Shown: piece after piece, positions 22,562-31,351 of the stretch | How the letters are laid out: every line of letters starts with the position of its first letter | How positions within the stretch are numbered: the first letter of the stretch is position 1 | Source: an uncultured delta proteobacterium | GTDB lineage: Bacteria; Desulfobacterota; Desulfuromonadia; Desulfuromonadales; DDH964 | Direction of reading: 5' to 3' | Length of the DNA: 64,000 nucleotides | Assembly (NCBI GenBank): GCA_963763205.1 | Contig: CAVXNQ010000022.1 | Coordinates: 131,486-195,485 of the forward strand | Notes under the pieces: model-generated | What the model was told of the DNA's origin: nothing | The model's input: only the letters and a program-made list of their open reading frames with translations | Database searches by the model: none | Translations under genes and position numbers: made by a program

Positions 22562-22930
22562 TTAGCTCCGCTGCGGATTCGTGGCGTAGCCCGGACAGCC
22601 GGTAGCGGCGGCATGGCGGCGGTTCTCCGGGAAACTGCGGCAATGATCCGGTTTGATCGTGTTGATAGAGCACAGGACCTGGTTGCCGTCCGGGGCAATT
22701 TGCAGCCACGGGCAGGCATCGACCTCCTCGCCGGTGGCGGGATCGAGCCAGGCCAGATGCAGCAGGTTGCCGTGGCCGAGGTCGAGGGTCTCCACCCGGG
22801 CCAGCAGGTCGCTGCGCCCCTCCAGGCGCCAGCGGGCGAGGTCGGCATCGCTGACACTGCCGCGGTAGGCGTCGACCAGGTTGCGGCAGCAGTGGCCGCA
22901 GCGCCGGCAGTTAAATTTCGTCCGCGACAT
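22562..22930 (-). CDS. YkgJ/UPF0153 family Cys-cluster (CxxCxxCC) protein
   Basis: FNCRRCGHCCRN plus downstream Cys/His residues. 122 aa. Confidence 0.7.
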   Translation of the reverse strand: MSRTKFNCRRCGHCCRNLVDAYRGSVSDADLARWRLEGRSDLLARVETLDLGHGNLLHLAWLDPATGEEVDACPWLQIAPDGNQVLCSINTIKPDHCRSFPENRRHAAATGCPGYATNPQRS

Positions 22931-23786
22931 GGCTCTCGATCCTATCCTGAGAATCCTCTTCTCCTGGCCGTTCCAGGCTGATCCGTCCCAGCGATCCGGC
23001 GCGCAACTCCCGCAGCAGCAACTCGGCGGCCCGCTGCAGGTCGACCTCGCCGCCGCCGGCCAGGCAACCGCGCCGACGGCCGATCTCGGTCACCAGTTCC
23101 AGGGGGGTCGGCGGGATGGCCTCCAGCCGGTAGCGGGTGATCAGGCCTTGCGGGTAACGCCGGGCGAGGAAGGCGGCAGCGAAGAGGGCGACGTCGAGGG
23201 CGTCGTAGGCGTTGACCCCGATGGCGCCGCTGGTCGCCAGGCGGTAGGCGGCGACCTGGTTGCGCATGTCCGGCCAGAGCAGCCCCGGGGTGTCGAAGAG
23301 CAGGATGCCGTTGCGCAGGTCGATCTGCTGCTGGCAGGTGGTGATCGCCGGCTTGTCGCCGACCCTGGCGATGGCCCGCCCGGCGAGGGTGTTGATCAGG
23401 GTCGATTTGCCGACGTTGGGGATGCCGATGATCAGAGCGCGCAGCGATTTCCCGGGCTTGCCGCGATGCGGGACCAGGCGCCGGCAGAGCTTGGGGATGA
23501 GCCCGGCACTGAGGCGCTGTTTCGCTTCCAGGGGGAGGGCTCGGGTCCCGGCTTCGGTTTCGAAATGACGCACCCACTCCTTGGTGACTTCCGGGTCGGC
23601 CAGGTCCTGCTTGTTGAGGACCTTGATGCACGGCTTGGTGCCACGCAGGGCGCCCAGCAACGGATTGGCGCTGGCGGCGGGGAGGCGCGCGTCGAGGATC
23701 TCGATGATCACGTCGCAGGACTTGACGGCTTCGGCGATCTCGCGCCGCGCCTTGCTCATGTGTCCCGGGTACCATTCGATGGCCAT
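22911..23786 (-). CDS. rbgA: ribosome biogenesis GTPase A (RbgA/YlqF)
   Basis: Circularly permuted GTPase: NKQDL (G4) precedes GIPNVGKST (G1) and DTPG (G3). Confidence 0.85.
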   Translation of the reverse strand: MAIEWYPGHMSKARREIAEAVKSCDVIIEILDARLPAASANPLLGALRGTKPCIKVLNKQDLADPEVTKEWVRHFETEAGTRALPLEAKQRLSAGLIPKLCRRLVPHRGKPGKSLRALIIGIPNVGKSTLINTLAGRAIARVGDKPAITTCQQQIDLRNGILLFDTPGLLWPDMRNQVAAYRLATSGAIGVNAYDALDVALFAAAFLARRYPQGLITRYRLEAIPPTPLELVTEIGRRRGCLAGGGEVDLQRAAELLLRELRAGSLGRISLERPGEEDSQDRIESHVADEI

Positions 23787-23908
23787 AGGTGGTCTTTATT
23801 CCTTTGCGGGCTAGGCGCCGTCGCGGCGCAGCCCGACCTTTGTAGCACATCCCCCCGGTTTAGTGGACATTTTCTTCGTTCGTGGCGGGACAGGGGCGGC
23901 CCCCCGCT

Positions 23909-24322
23909 TCAGCCGGTCCGGCTCTGGTAGGCGCAGTATCCCGGCCGCGGACCGACCTGCGGATGGTTACGGCAGGTGGCCGGGCGTCGGGGATAGATGG
24001 TGCAGCGGCGGCTCTCCGGGTCGAGGAAGATGCAGTCGTCGCCGGCGCGGCGGGCGAGGGTGAAGATTTGGCTGCGGGCGTTGAAGTGGTCGATGATTCC
24101 GGCCTTCTGCAACCGCCGGGCGACCAGCCTGGCCGGTTCGTCGGCCTCGAAGGAATCGGCCAGGCCCATGTCGATGAGGTCGTCGATGCGTACCTCGACG
24201 GCCAGGCTGCAACAGCTGGCACGGCAATTCCGGCAGAGCTTTTGCTGGTACTTGATCCAGGTGGCCGGGTCGTCGATGTGGCAGAATTGGCGGAGGGGGC
24301 GCTTCACGGGGCAGTCAACCAT
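23909..24322 (-). CDS. second YkgJ-like Cys-cluster protein
   Basis: CRNCRASCCS, plus a distal CTIYPRRPATCRNHP. 137 aa. Confidence 0.65.
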   Translation of the reverse strand: MVDCPVKRPLRQFCHIDDPATWIKYQQKLCRNCRASCCSLAVEVRIDDLIDMGLADSFEADEPARLVARRLQKAGIIDHFNARSQIFTLARRAGDDCIFLDPESRRCTIYPRRPATCRNHPQVGPRPGYCAYQSRTG

Positions 24323-24420
24323 GACGGGAAGATAGTCCCGCCGGGGTGTTGGCGCCGTCGGCGACGGTTGCCGACTCTAACCGAAACCACCCCTGTTGAC
24401 AAGTCGGAAAATCACCTCGA

Positions 24421-25320
24421 TCAGCGTTCGCCCGCCGCCTGTTCCGCCAGGTAGTCGCTCATTCCCTTCAGGGTGTTGCCGATGAAGGTCCGCTCGCGGA
24501 CCTGGATGTCGGCCGGCAGCTGCCGGAAGTTGGCGAAGATCGGGTCGTGCTCCAGCAGCCAGGCGAAAAAGGCTGCCTCCCGCTCAGAGGCCGGAATCCT
24601 GGCCACGGCGGCCGTGCCTTGCAGCCACAGGAGAAGCTGGTCGCGGCCGATCCGCAGGTGGCGCATGGCATCGTTCACCAGGCCGTAATGGGCGAAGACC
24701 ATGCGCCGCGGCGCCAATTCGAGCATCCGCGCCAGGGAGTCGTCGGCCACCGCCGGCAGAAAGCGCGGCGGGGTGGCCGGGCGCATGTAGATCCCCTCCG
24801 GCACCTCGCTGCGCACCCCGGCGACCTCTCCGGCGAAGAGCAGATCGTCCAGCAGATAGCAGCAGTGGTGGGCGGCGTGGCCGGGGGTGAGAAAGGCGCG
24901 CAGCCCGCTCGCCGGTGCCGCGTCGAAGCCGATCTGCCGGGCCGGCACCGGCAGGATCGGACCGTAACTGTCGGCCAGGGCGCCCAGCACCTGGCGCGAA
25001 CCCTGCCAGAGCTTCTCCGGCGCCACCAGGTGGCGCACCCCGTCGGGGTGGCAGATCACCCGGGCTTCCGGATAGGCCTTCAGCAGCTCGCCGGTACCGC
25101 CGGCATGGTCGATGTGGATGTGGGTCAACAGGACCAGATCGAGGTGCTCGACGCCGTAGCGGCGCAGGGAGGAAAGCAGCAGCGGGATGGTCGAGAGCGG
25201 TCCGGGGTCGACCACCAGGGTGAAGTTCTCGCCGCGGTAGAGCCAGGAACTGACGAAGCGCCGGAAGCCTTCCAGGCTCGGCTGGTCGAGGTCGATGCAG
25301 TGCAGGCGGTCGGGGTGCAT
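24421..25320 (-). CDS. MBL-fold metallo-hydrolase
   Basis: HxHxDH motif (LTHIHIDHAGG) and the downstream His/Asp ligands. Confidence 0.8.
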   Translation of the reverse strand: MHPDRLHCIDLDQPSLEGFRRFVSSWLYRGENFTLVVDPGPLSTIPLLLSSLRRYGVEHLDLVLLTHIHIDHAGGTGELLKAYPEARVICHPDGVRHLVAPEKLWQGSRQVLGALADSYGPILPVPARQIGFDAAPASGLRAFLTPGHAAHHCCYLLDDLLFAGEVAGVRSEVPEGIYMRPATPPRFLPAVADDSLARMLELAPRRMVFAHYGLVNDAMRHLRIGRDQLLLWLQGTAAVARIPASEREAAFFAWLLEHDPIFANFRQLPADIQVRERTFIGNTLKGMSDYLAEQAAGER

Positions 25321-25548
25321 GGCGGCTCCTTGCCGGCGAGGCTCGGGATTGAATTTAAACCGCTAGTTTTTACCGCAAAGGCGCAAAGCTCGCAAAGTAA
25401 ATTCTGATTCTGGTTGATGACTGACGCCCCAAAGTAAGGAGCTAAGGGATCTTTCCGGATCAGAGCCGGGTTTGCCTGGCGAACTTTGCGTCTTTGCGGT
25501 GCAAATCCTTTTTCTCGGTTTAATCGCCTGCGCCGCGCCGCTCCACCC

Positions 25549-26448
25549 TCAATCCGCCTCCGCCGACCGGCTGTAGTCGCGGGTCCGTTCGAGAAGGAAG
25601 TCGACGAAGGCGCGGTTGGCCCGTGACAGGTAGGCGCCCTTCTTCCAGGCGATCACCAGGTCGAGATGCAGCGGCGGGTCGAAGGGGACGGCGACCAGCT
25701 CCGGGTCGCCTGTGACCACCATGCGCAGAACGGTCGAGATCCCCATCCCCCCCTTGACCAGGGACTTGACCAGGGTGAAGAGGTTGGTCTCGAAGACGAT
25801 CTGCGGCTGCAGCGCCCCTTTCCGCAGCCTGTCGAAGATCATCTCGCGCAGAAAGTACCCCTCTTTGAAGAAGACCAGTGGCTGGCGGGTGAACTCCGCC
25901 AGGGGAATCGCTTGTCGCTCGGCGAGGGGATGTCCGGTCGGCAGGCAGACCACCACCTCCTCGCGCAGGAAGTGGCGGGTTTCGAGGGTCTCGGGGAGCT
26001 GGCCGCCGGCGATCACCCCCATGTCCAGCTCCCCCTGGCTGAGCAGCCGCTGGATGCGCCAGGCCCCCTCGCCGAGGACCGAGAGCTGCAGGCCGGGGTA
26101 GCGGCGGGCGAAGTCGCGGATGATCAGCGGGAAGAAGTAGGAGCTCATCATCGGCGGGATGCCGACGCGCACCTCTCCCTTCTCCAGCCCGCGCAGGTCG
26201 GCCATCTCCTGGCGGGCGGCCTCAAGGTCGGCGAGGATGCGCCGGGCGTGTTCGAGCAGGATCTCCCCCTCGGCGGTAAGGGTGACCTTGCGGTCCTGGC
26301 GGGAGAAGAGGGTCAGCTCCAGTTCCTCCTCCAGCTTGCGGATCGCCATGCTCACTGCCGGCTGAGCGATATGCAGTTCCTCTGCGGCGCGGGTGAAGTT
26401 GTTGAGCCGGGCGATCGTCGCGAAGGCCCTGAGCTGGCGGATGTCCAT
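25549..26448 (-). CDS. LysR-family transcriptional regulator
   Basis: N-terminal HTH (MDIRQLRAFATIARLNNFTRAAEELHIAQPAVSMAIRKLE) plus a substrate-binding domain. The ATG at 26448 has an AGGAGA RBS. The ORF-track N-terminal extension has no homolog-like content. Confidence 0.85.
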   Translation of the reverse strand: MDIRQLRAFATIARLNNFTRAAEELHIAQPAVSMAIRKLEEELELTLFSRQDRKVTLTAEGEILLEHARRILADLEAARQEMADLRGLEKGEVRVGIPPMMSSYFFPLIIRDFARRYPGLQLSVLGEGAWRIQRLLSQGELDMGVIAGGQLPETLETRHFLREEVVVCLPTGHPLAERQAIPLAEFTRQPLVFFKEGYFLREMIFDRLRKGALQPQIVFETNLFTLVKSLVKGGMGISTVLRMVVTGDPELVAVPFDPPLHLDLVIAWKKGAYLSRANRAFVDFLLERTRDYSRSAEAD

Positions 26449-26787
26449 GACTTCTCCTGGGATATTCGAGTCGAAACCAGGCGTCTCGCGCGGATCAAGT
26501 CTGATCATTTCGGCTAAAAATCGAATCAGGCCTTGGGCCCTGGAGGTAAATCCGAACCTGATCGGACCTAATCCGAAGTTATCCGAGTGAACCGCCTGCC
26601 CGGTTTTTTCCTCTTTGCGGACTCGAGTGAGCGTGGCGAACGGGCGCGAAACGGTTTGTCTGAAAAGATCTTGCCCTACAAGTTGCGCCGAAGAGTAAGA
26701 ATAAATAGTTATCGTCACAATAAAAATTATATATTTTTCTTATCGTAAGCGCGGTGCTACGGTTAGGGCAAGAGGAAAGTTATCCCC

Positions 26788-27573
26788 TTGGACCGGAAGG
26801 CCGCCATGACCGAGCAGACTACTTTCAAGGACCATTTCTCCACCCAGGCCGGCGCCTATCAGCGCTTCCGCCCCGATTACCCCCCGGAGCTTTTCGCCTG
26901 GCTCGCCGCACGGGTCAGCGGTCATGCCGTGGCCTGGGACTGCGGCTGCGGCAACGGTCAGGCGGCCCACGGCCTGGTTCCCTACTTCGGCAGGATCTTT
27001 GCCTCCGACCCGAGCGCCGATCAGATCGCCCGGGCCAAGCCGCACCCGAACATCCGCTACCTCGTCGCCACCGCCGAGGACTCGGGGCTGGCGGCCCACT
27101 CCGTCGATCTGGCCATCGTCGCCCAGGCCTTGCACTGGTTCGATTTCGACCGCTTTTACGCCGAGGTGCGGCGGGTGGTCCGGCCGGGAGGGGTGCTGGC
27201 CGCCGTCGGTTACGGCGAACTGCAGCTCGGCGGGGCCCTCGACCAGGTCGTCGACCACTTTTACCGTATGACGGTCGGTCCCTACTGGCCACCGGAACGG
27301 CGCTTCGTTGATGAGTCGTACCGGACCATCCCCTTCCCCTTCCCGGAAGTCGCGGCCCCTGCTCTGGAACTCTCCGCGGCCTGGGATCTGGAACACCTGC
27401 TCGGCTATTTCGGCACCTGGTCGGCGGTCAAAGAATACCGCCGCTCCGGTGCCGGCGACCCGCTGCCGGCGCTGCGCCAGGCGCTGGTCGGCCGCTGGGG
27501 GCATCCCCGGCAGCTGCGCCGGGTGCGCTGGCCCCTTTTCATGCGCGTCGGCCGGGTCGGGGAGGGGGTATGA
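26788..27573 (+). CDS. class I SAM-dependent methyltransferase
   Basis: SAM motif I (VAWDCGCGNGQAA) and motif post-I. Divergent from the LysR gene. The start is either 26788 or 26806. Confidence 0.75.
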   Translation: MDRKAAMTEQTTFKDHFSTQAGAYQRFRPDYPPELFAWLAARVSGHAVAWDCGCGNGQAAHGLVPYFGRIFASDPSADQIARAKPHPNIRYLVATAEDSGLAAHSVDLAIVAQALHWFDFDRFYAEVRRVVRPGGVLAAVGYGELQLGGALDQVVDHFYRMTVGPYWPPERRFVDESYRTIPFPFPEVAAPALELSAAWDLEHLLGYFGTWSAVKEYRRSGAGDPLPALRQALVGRWGHPRQLRRVRWPLFMRVGRVGEGV

Positions 27574-28826
27574 ACCCCGCCGTCGCCGATGCTCCCGCGC
27601 TGGTCCGCAGCGGCACCCGCAGCTACCGCCGCATCAACTGGGCTTTCTTTGCCGCCGGCTTTGTTACCTTCGTCACTCTCTACGACCTGCAGCCGCTGCT
27701 GCCGGCCTTTGCTCGGGAATACGCCGTAGCCCCGGCCCTGGCCAGCCTGCCGCTGTCGGTGGCTACCGCCGCCCTGGCGGTGACCATGCTTTTTGCCGGC
27801 ACCCTCTCCGAGACTATCGGCCGCAAGCCGGTGATGGTGACGGCCCTGGTCGCCAGCTCACTCCTCGCCCTGCTCACCGCCGTCAGTGAGGGATTTGCCG
27901 CGCTGCTGGCGCTGCGCCTGCTGCAGGGGGCGGTCCTTGCCGGGCTGCCGGCGGTCGCCATGGCCTACCTTGCCGAAGAGCTGGAGCCGGGCTCCATCGC
28001 CCCGGCCATGGGGCTCTATATCAGCGGCAACGCCATCGGCGGCATGAGTGGGCGGATCTTCACCGCGGCGCTGGCCGACGCCACCTCCTGGCGGCTGGCG
28101 CTGGCGGTGGTCGGGGTGGTCTGTCTGCTGCTCAGCGGCTATTTCCTGTACAGCCTCCCTGCCGCCCGCCAGATGCAGCGGCGTCCCTTTTCCTCCCGCT
28201 ATCTCTTCACCTCGCTGGCCGGCAACCTGCGCGACCCGGGTCTGCTCGGCCTGTTTGGCATCGCCTTTCTCGGCATGGGGAGTTTCGTCACCCTCTTCAA
28301 CTACCTGACCTTCCGTCTCCTCGCGGCTCCCTATCACCTCAGCCAGAGCGCGGTGAGCCTGATTTTTCTGGTCTATCTCCCCGGCTCGCTGAGCTCTTCG
28401 CTGGCCGGGCGTCTTGCCAACCGCCATGGCCGGGCCGCGGTGCTCCGCGGCGGCCTGGCGCTGATTGCCGGCGGCATGCTGCTGACCCTGCTGCAGCCGC
28501 TGCCGTGGCTGATCGTCGGGGTCGCCCTGTGCACCGTCGGCTTCTTCGCTGCGCACAGCGTCGCCTCCAGCTGGGTCGGCCGCCGCGCCCGTACCGCCCG
28601 CGCTCAGGCCTCGGCGCTCTACCTCTTTTCCTATTACCTCGGGGCGAGTGTCTGCGGGACGGTGGGGGGATATTTCTGGAGTGGGGCGGGATGGCCCGGG
28701 GTGGCCGGAATGGTCGGGGTGCTGCTGGCTGCGGGGCTGGTGCTGGCGGGGTGGCTCGGCCGCGTGGAAAAGCCTCAGCCTTCGCCCAATGTCGCGCAGG
28801 CGACGCAGACCGGCTGCAGCACGTAG
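27570..28826 (+). CDS. MFS transporter (12 TM)
   Basis: An MFS signature (GTLSETIGRKP) and twofold 6-TM repeats. Start overlaps the methyltransferase stop. Confidence 0.8.
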   Translation: MNPAVADAPALVRSGTRSYRRINWAFFAAGFVTFVTLYDLQPLLPAFAREYAVAPALASLPLSVATAALAVTMLFAGTLSETIGRKPVMVTALVASSLLALLTAVSEGFAALLALRLLQGAVLAGLPAVAMAYLAEELEPGSIAPAMGLYISGNAIGGMSGRIFTAALADATSWRLALAVVGVVCLLLSGYFLYSLPAARQMQRRPFSSRYLFTSLAGNLRDPGLLGLFGIAFLGMGSFVTLFNYLTFRLLAAPYHLSQSAVSLIFLVYLPGSLSSSLAGRLANRHGRAAVLRGGLALIAGGMLLTLLQPLPWLIVGVALCTVGFFAAHSVASSWVGRRARTARAQASALYLFSYYLGASVCGTVGGYFWSGAGWPGVAGMVGVLLAAGLVLAGWLGRVEKPQPSPNVAQATQTGCST

Positions 28827-28975
28827 AGACTGCTGGCGCGATCGAGAGTCGGCAGATGGCGCAGGTGGGCAGCGCAGGTGGTTTTAAAACAGCGGCTGCA
28901 GGCGATGCTCTCGCTCCCTTGGAACTTGCCGTCGCAGATGTGGCAGATCCACGGACTTTTGGTCTGGTCGTCCAT
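28775..28975 (-). CDS. possible small Cys4 zinc-ribbon protein (66 aa)
   Basis: CHICDGKF...CSRCF...CVAC. It overlaps the MFS 3' end convergently by about 50 nt, so it is weak. Confidence 0.3.
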   Translation of the reverse strand: MDDQTKSPWICHICDGKFQGSESIACSRCFKTTCAAHLRHLPTLDRASSLYVLQPVCVACATLGEG

Positions 28976-29042
28976 CCTGAACTCCCGGTTCTCAACGGCC
29001 CGGTTTCCCGCCGGGCCGCTGCTGTTTCTGTAATAGGAAATT

Positions 29043-29693
29043 TTAAAACGAAAAGACGCTCAGCGCCAGCCGGCCGCCGAGCAGGATCAGCAGTCCGCCC
29101 AGCAGGGCCTGCACCCCCGGCTGGACGCGGAGGAAGAGCGGCTGCATGCGCCGGTCGGAGATCAACAGGGCGACGCCGGCATACCAGCCAAAGGAGATCA
29201 GGAACATCGCCAGGTTGAGGAAGACCTTCTCCCAGAGTGGCGCCCCGGGGGCCATCACCAGGGTGAAGAGGCTGAAATAGAAGGCCCAGGCCTTGGGGTT
29301 GGTGAGGTTGGTGAACAGCCCTTTGCGATAGGTCGCCAGTGGTGCCAGCAGCTTCCGGCCCGCGTGGCCGTCGGGGTCCGGAGCGGTGTGCGGCCGGGCA
29401 AATTTACGGATCATGCCAAAGCCGAGCCAGACGAGGTAGCCGCCGCCGAGCAGGGAGAGGGCCGCGGCAAAGTGGGGGAGGGCGGTGACCAGCAGCAGTA
29501 ACCCGAGCAGCCCGGCAGCGGCAAACAGGCCGCTGCCCGTCGCCACCCCCAGTGCCGCGTAGAGGCCGGCGCGGCGCGAGCTGCCGAGGGCGGTCTCCAC
29601 CACCAGCAGGAAATTCGGCCCGGGGCTGACGATGGCCAGGGTGAAGACCGCCAGGACGGCCGTGATGTTAAGCCAGGTGCTGTCCATGACCAC
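29043..29693 (-). CDS. LysE/RhtB family amino-acid exporter
   Basis: 216 aa with 6 TM and the LysE N-terminal pattern (SPGPNFLLVVETAL). Confidence 0.85.
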   Translation of the reverse strand: MVMDSTWLNITAVLAVFTLAIVSPGPNFLLVVETALGSSRRAGLYAALGVATGSGLFAAAGLLGLLLLVTALPHFAAALSLLGGGYLVWLGFGMIRKFARPHTAPDPDGHAGRKLLAPLATYRKGLFTNLTNPKAWAFYFSLFTLVMAPGAPLWEKVFLNLAMFLISFGWYAGVALLISDRRMQPLFLRVQPGVQALLGGLLILLGGRLALSVFSF

Positions 29694-29882
29694 AATTTAA
29701 GCCAAGCCGGCTGGCGCTGGCAAGGGATTATCGACCGGCGGGGTGTGATCGCCGAGCTGATCGCTCATACGGGATTCGGCGGGGGATGTGGTAAAATTCC
29801 TCCCAGATGAAATTGCCGCAGGGGAAAGGGTTGGTGGCGGCATTTATCATATCCGGTTTTCCCCCCACCGAAAGGACCGTTC

Positions 29883-30512
29883 ATGAAGCGACTGGGACGG
29901 ACCATGCTCCAGGGGCTGGGGGCGATTCTGCCCGCGGGCCTGACGCTCTTCATCCTCTACTGGTTGGCGGCCAACGCCGAACAGTTTCTCGGTGCGGTCA
30001 TCAAGGTCCTCCTGCCGGAGGGCTGGTACCTGCCGGGAATGGGCCTGTTGGCGGGACTCTTCGCCGTCTTCCTGCTCGGCCTGGCCCTCAATGCTTTCCT
30101 GGTACGGCGCCTGTTCCAGTTCGGCGAGAACCTCCTCAACCGCATCCCCCTGGTCAAGACCCTCTACGGCTCGGTCAAGGACTTCATCGGCTTCTTCTCC
30201 CACCAGCGGGAGCGGGAGTTCAACCAGGTGGTGACGGTCGAGTTCGCATTCGGCGGAGTGCCGATACGGTTTCTCGGCTTCGTCACCCGCACCCAATTCC
30301 GCGACCTGCCCGAGGGGATCGGCCACGAAGGGGAGGTCGCCGTCTACCTCCCGCTCTCTTACCAGATCGGCGGCTACACCATCATGGTCCCGCGCTCGGC
30401 GGTGAAGCCGGTGAACATCTCCATGCAGCGGGCCATGGGCTTCGCGGTCACCGGCGGCATGTTTGCCGAAAAGGAGCGTGGCGGCGGCCCGGCCCCGGAA
30501 CCGAAGGCCTGA
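29883..30512 (+). CDS. DUF502 domain membrane protein
   Basis: Two N-terminal TM helices, then the conserved IPLVKTLYGSVKDFIGFFS core. Confidence 0.75.
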   Translation: MKRLGRTMLQGLGAILPAGLTLFILYWLAANAEQFLGAVIKVLLPEGWYLPGMGLLAGLFAVFLLGLALNAFLVRRLFQFGENLLNRIPLVKTLYGSVKDFIGFFSHQREREFNQVVTVEFAFGGVPIRFLGFVTRTQFRDLPEGIGHEGEVAVYLPLSYQIGGYTIMVPRSAVKPVNISMQRAMGFAVTGGMFAEKERGGGPAPEPKA

Positions 30513-30562
30513 ACCGGCTCCGGTAGCGGTCCCTCCCTTTCCTGTCGCCGTCCTCTTCAGGG

Positions 30563-30591
30563 TTTACAAGCCGGCGAAAATTTTGTAATTT
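30563..30591 (+). promoter_or_regulatory. candidate sigma70 promoter TTTACA-17-TAATTT
   Basis: A good hexamer/spacer match in an otherwise GC-rich intergenic region. The TSS would lie about 30598, roughly 60 nt upstream of a strong terminator hairpin. Confidence 0.45.
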
Positions 30592-30658
30592 TGGACCATT
30601 GTCATCTCACTGCCCTGGAGGGGGCTACGCCAATGCTGGACGCCTGCTGACCACCAAC

Positions 30659-30701
30659 GACCGCCCGGTCCGGAATCATTCGGACCGGGCGGTCGTTTTG
30701 C
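30659..30701 (+). terminator. strong intrinsic terminator or attenuator hairpin
   Basis: A 14-bp perfect stem (GACCGCCCGGTCCG-GAATCATT-CGGACCGGGCGGTC) is followed by GTTTTG. Confidence 0.65.
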
Positions 30702-30756
30702 CAGGGGGCTGGCCCCCCGCCCGTTCTCTGCCAGGGTCCGCTTTGCCAATCGGGAG

Positions 30757-31335
30757 GTGCACGACGTGGGAAATTTCAACGGCATCGAAATCTTTTTTCT
30801 GGTCTGCGCCCTGATCGGCGGCGTCTTCGTCCTGATCAGGCTGGGCCTGCAGTTCGCCGGTGGGGATGTGCACACCGATCTCGACACCGATCTGGATATC
30901 GACGCTGGCGGCCACCATACCGATTCGGACGCCGGCTTCAAGATCCTCTCGCTGCACGGTCTGTCGACCTTCCTGATGATGTTTGGCCTGGTCGGCCTGG
31001 CTCTCTATCGCCAGAGTCGGGCGGGCTTCCCCGTCGCCCTGGTCGGCGCCGTCCTGGCCGGTTTGGCCGCGGTCTGGCTGATCGGCAAGCTCTTCCAGGG
31101 GGCCGCCAAACTGCAGTCAAGCGGCACCCTGCCGACGGCGGCGGCGCTGGGGAGTACCGGTACCGTCTACCTGACCATCCCCGAGCAGGGGACCGGACGG
31201 GTCAGCGTCAACCTGCAGGGCCGCCTGCGCGAGTTCGACGCCGTGGCCAAGGACGGCCGCAAGATTCCCACCGGCACCGCCATCAAGGTGGTGCAGGTCC
31301 ATGCCAATATTCTCGTGGTTGAAATCCTTCAATAG
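30757..31335 (+). CDS. NfeD/YqiJ-family membrane protein (flotillin partner; C-terminal OB-fold)
   Basis: TM, an acidic linker (DVHTDLDTDLDIDAGGHHTDSD), more TM, then a C-terminal beta-barrel (GTGRVSVNLQGRLREFDAV...IKVVQV). GTG start with GGGAGG RBS. Confidence 0.8.
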   Translation: MHDVGNFNGIEIFFLVCALIGGVFVLIRLGLQFAGGDVHTDLDTDLDIDAGGHHTDSDAGFKILSLHGLSTFLMMFGLVGLALYRQSRAGFPVALVGAVLAGLAAVWLIGKLFQGAAKLQSSGTLPTAAALGSTGTVYLTIPEQGTGRVSVNLQGRLREFDAVAKDGRKIPTGTAIKVVQVHANILVVEILQ

Positions 31336-31351
31336 CCAAGGAGTGGAACCG

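Noticed and set aside
30599-30814. 71-aa ORF across the DUF502-nfeD intergenic hairpin
   Set aside because: No RBS, a nonsensical sequence, and it overlaps the nfeD start. The region is better explained as a leader or sRNA.
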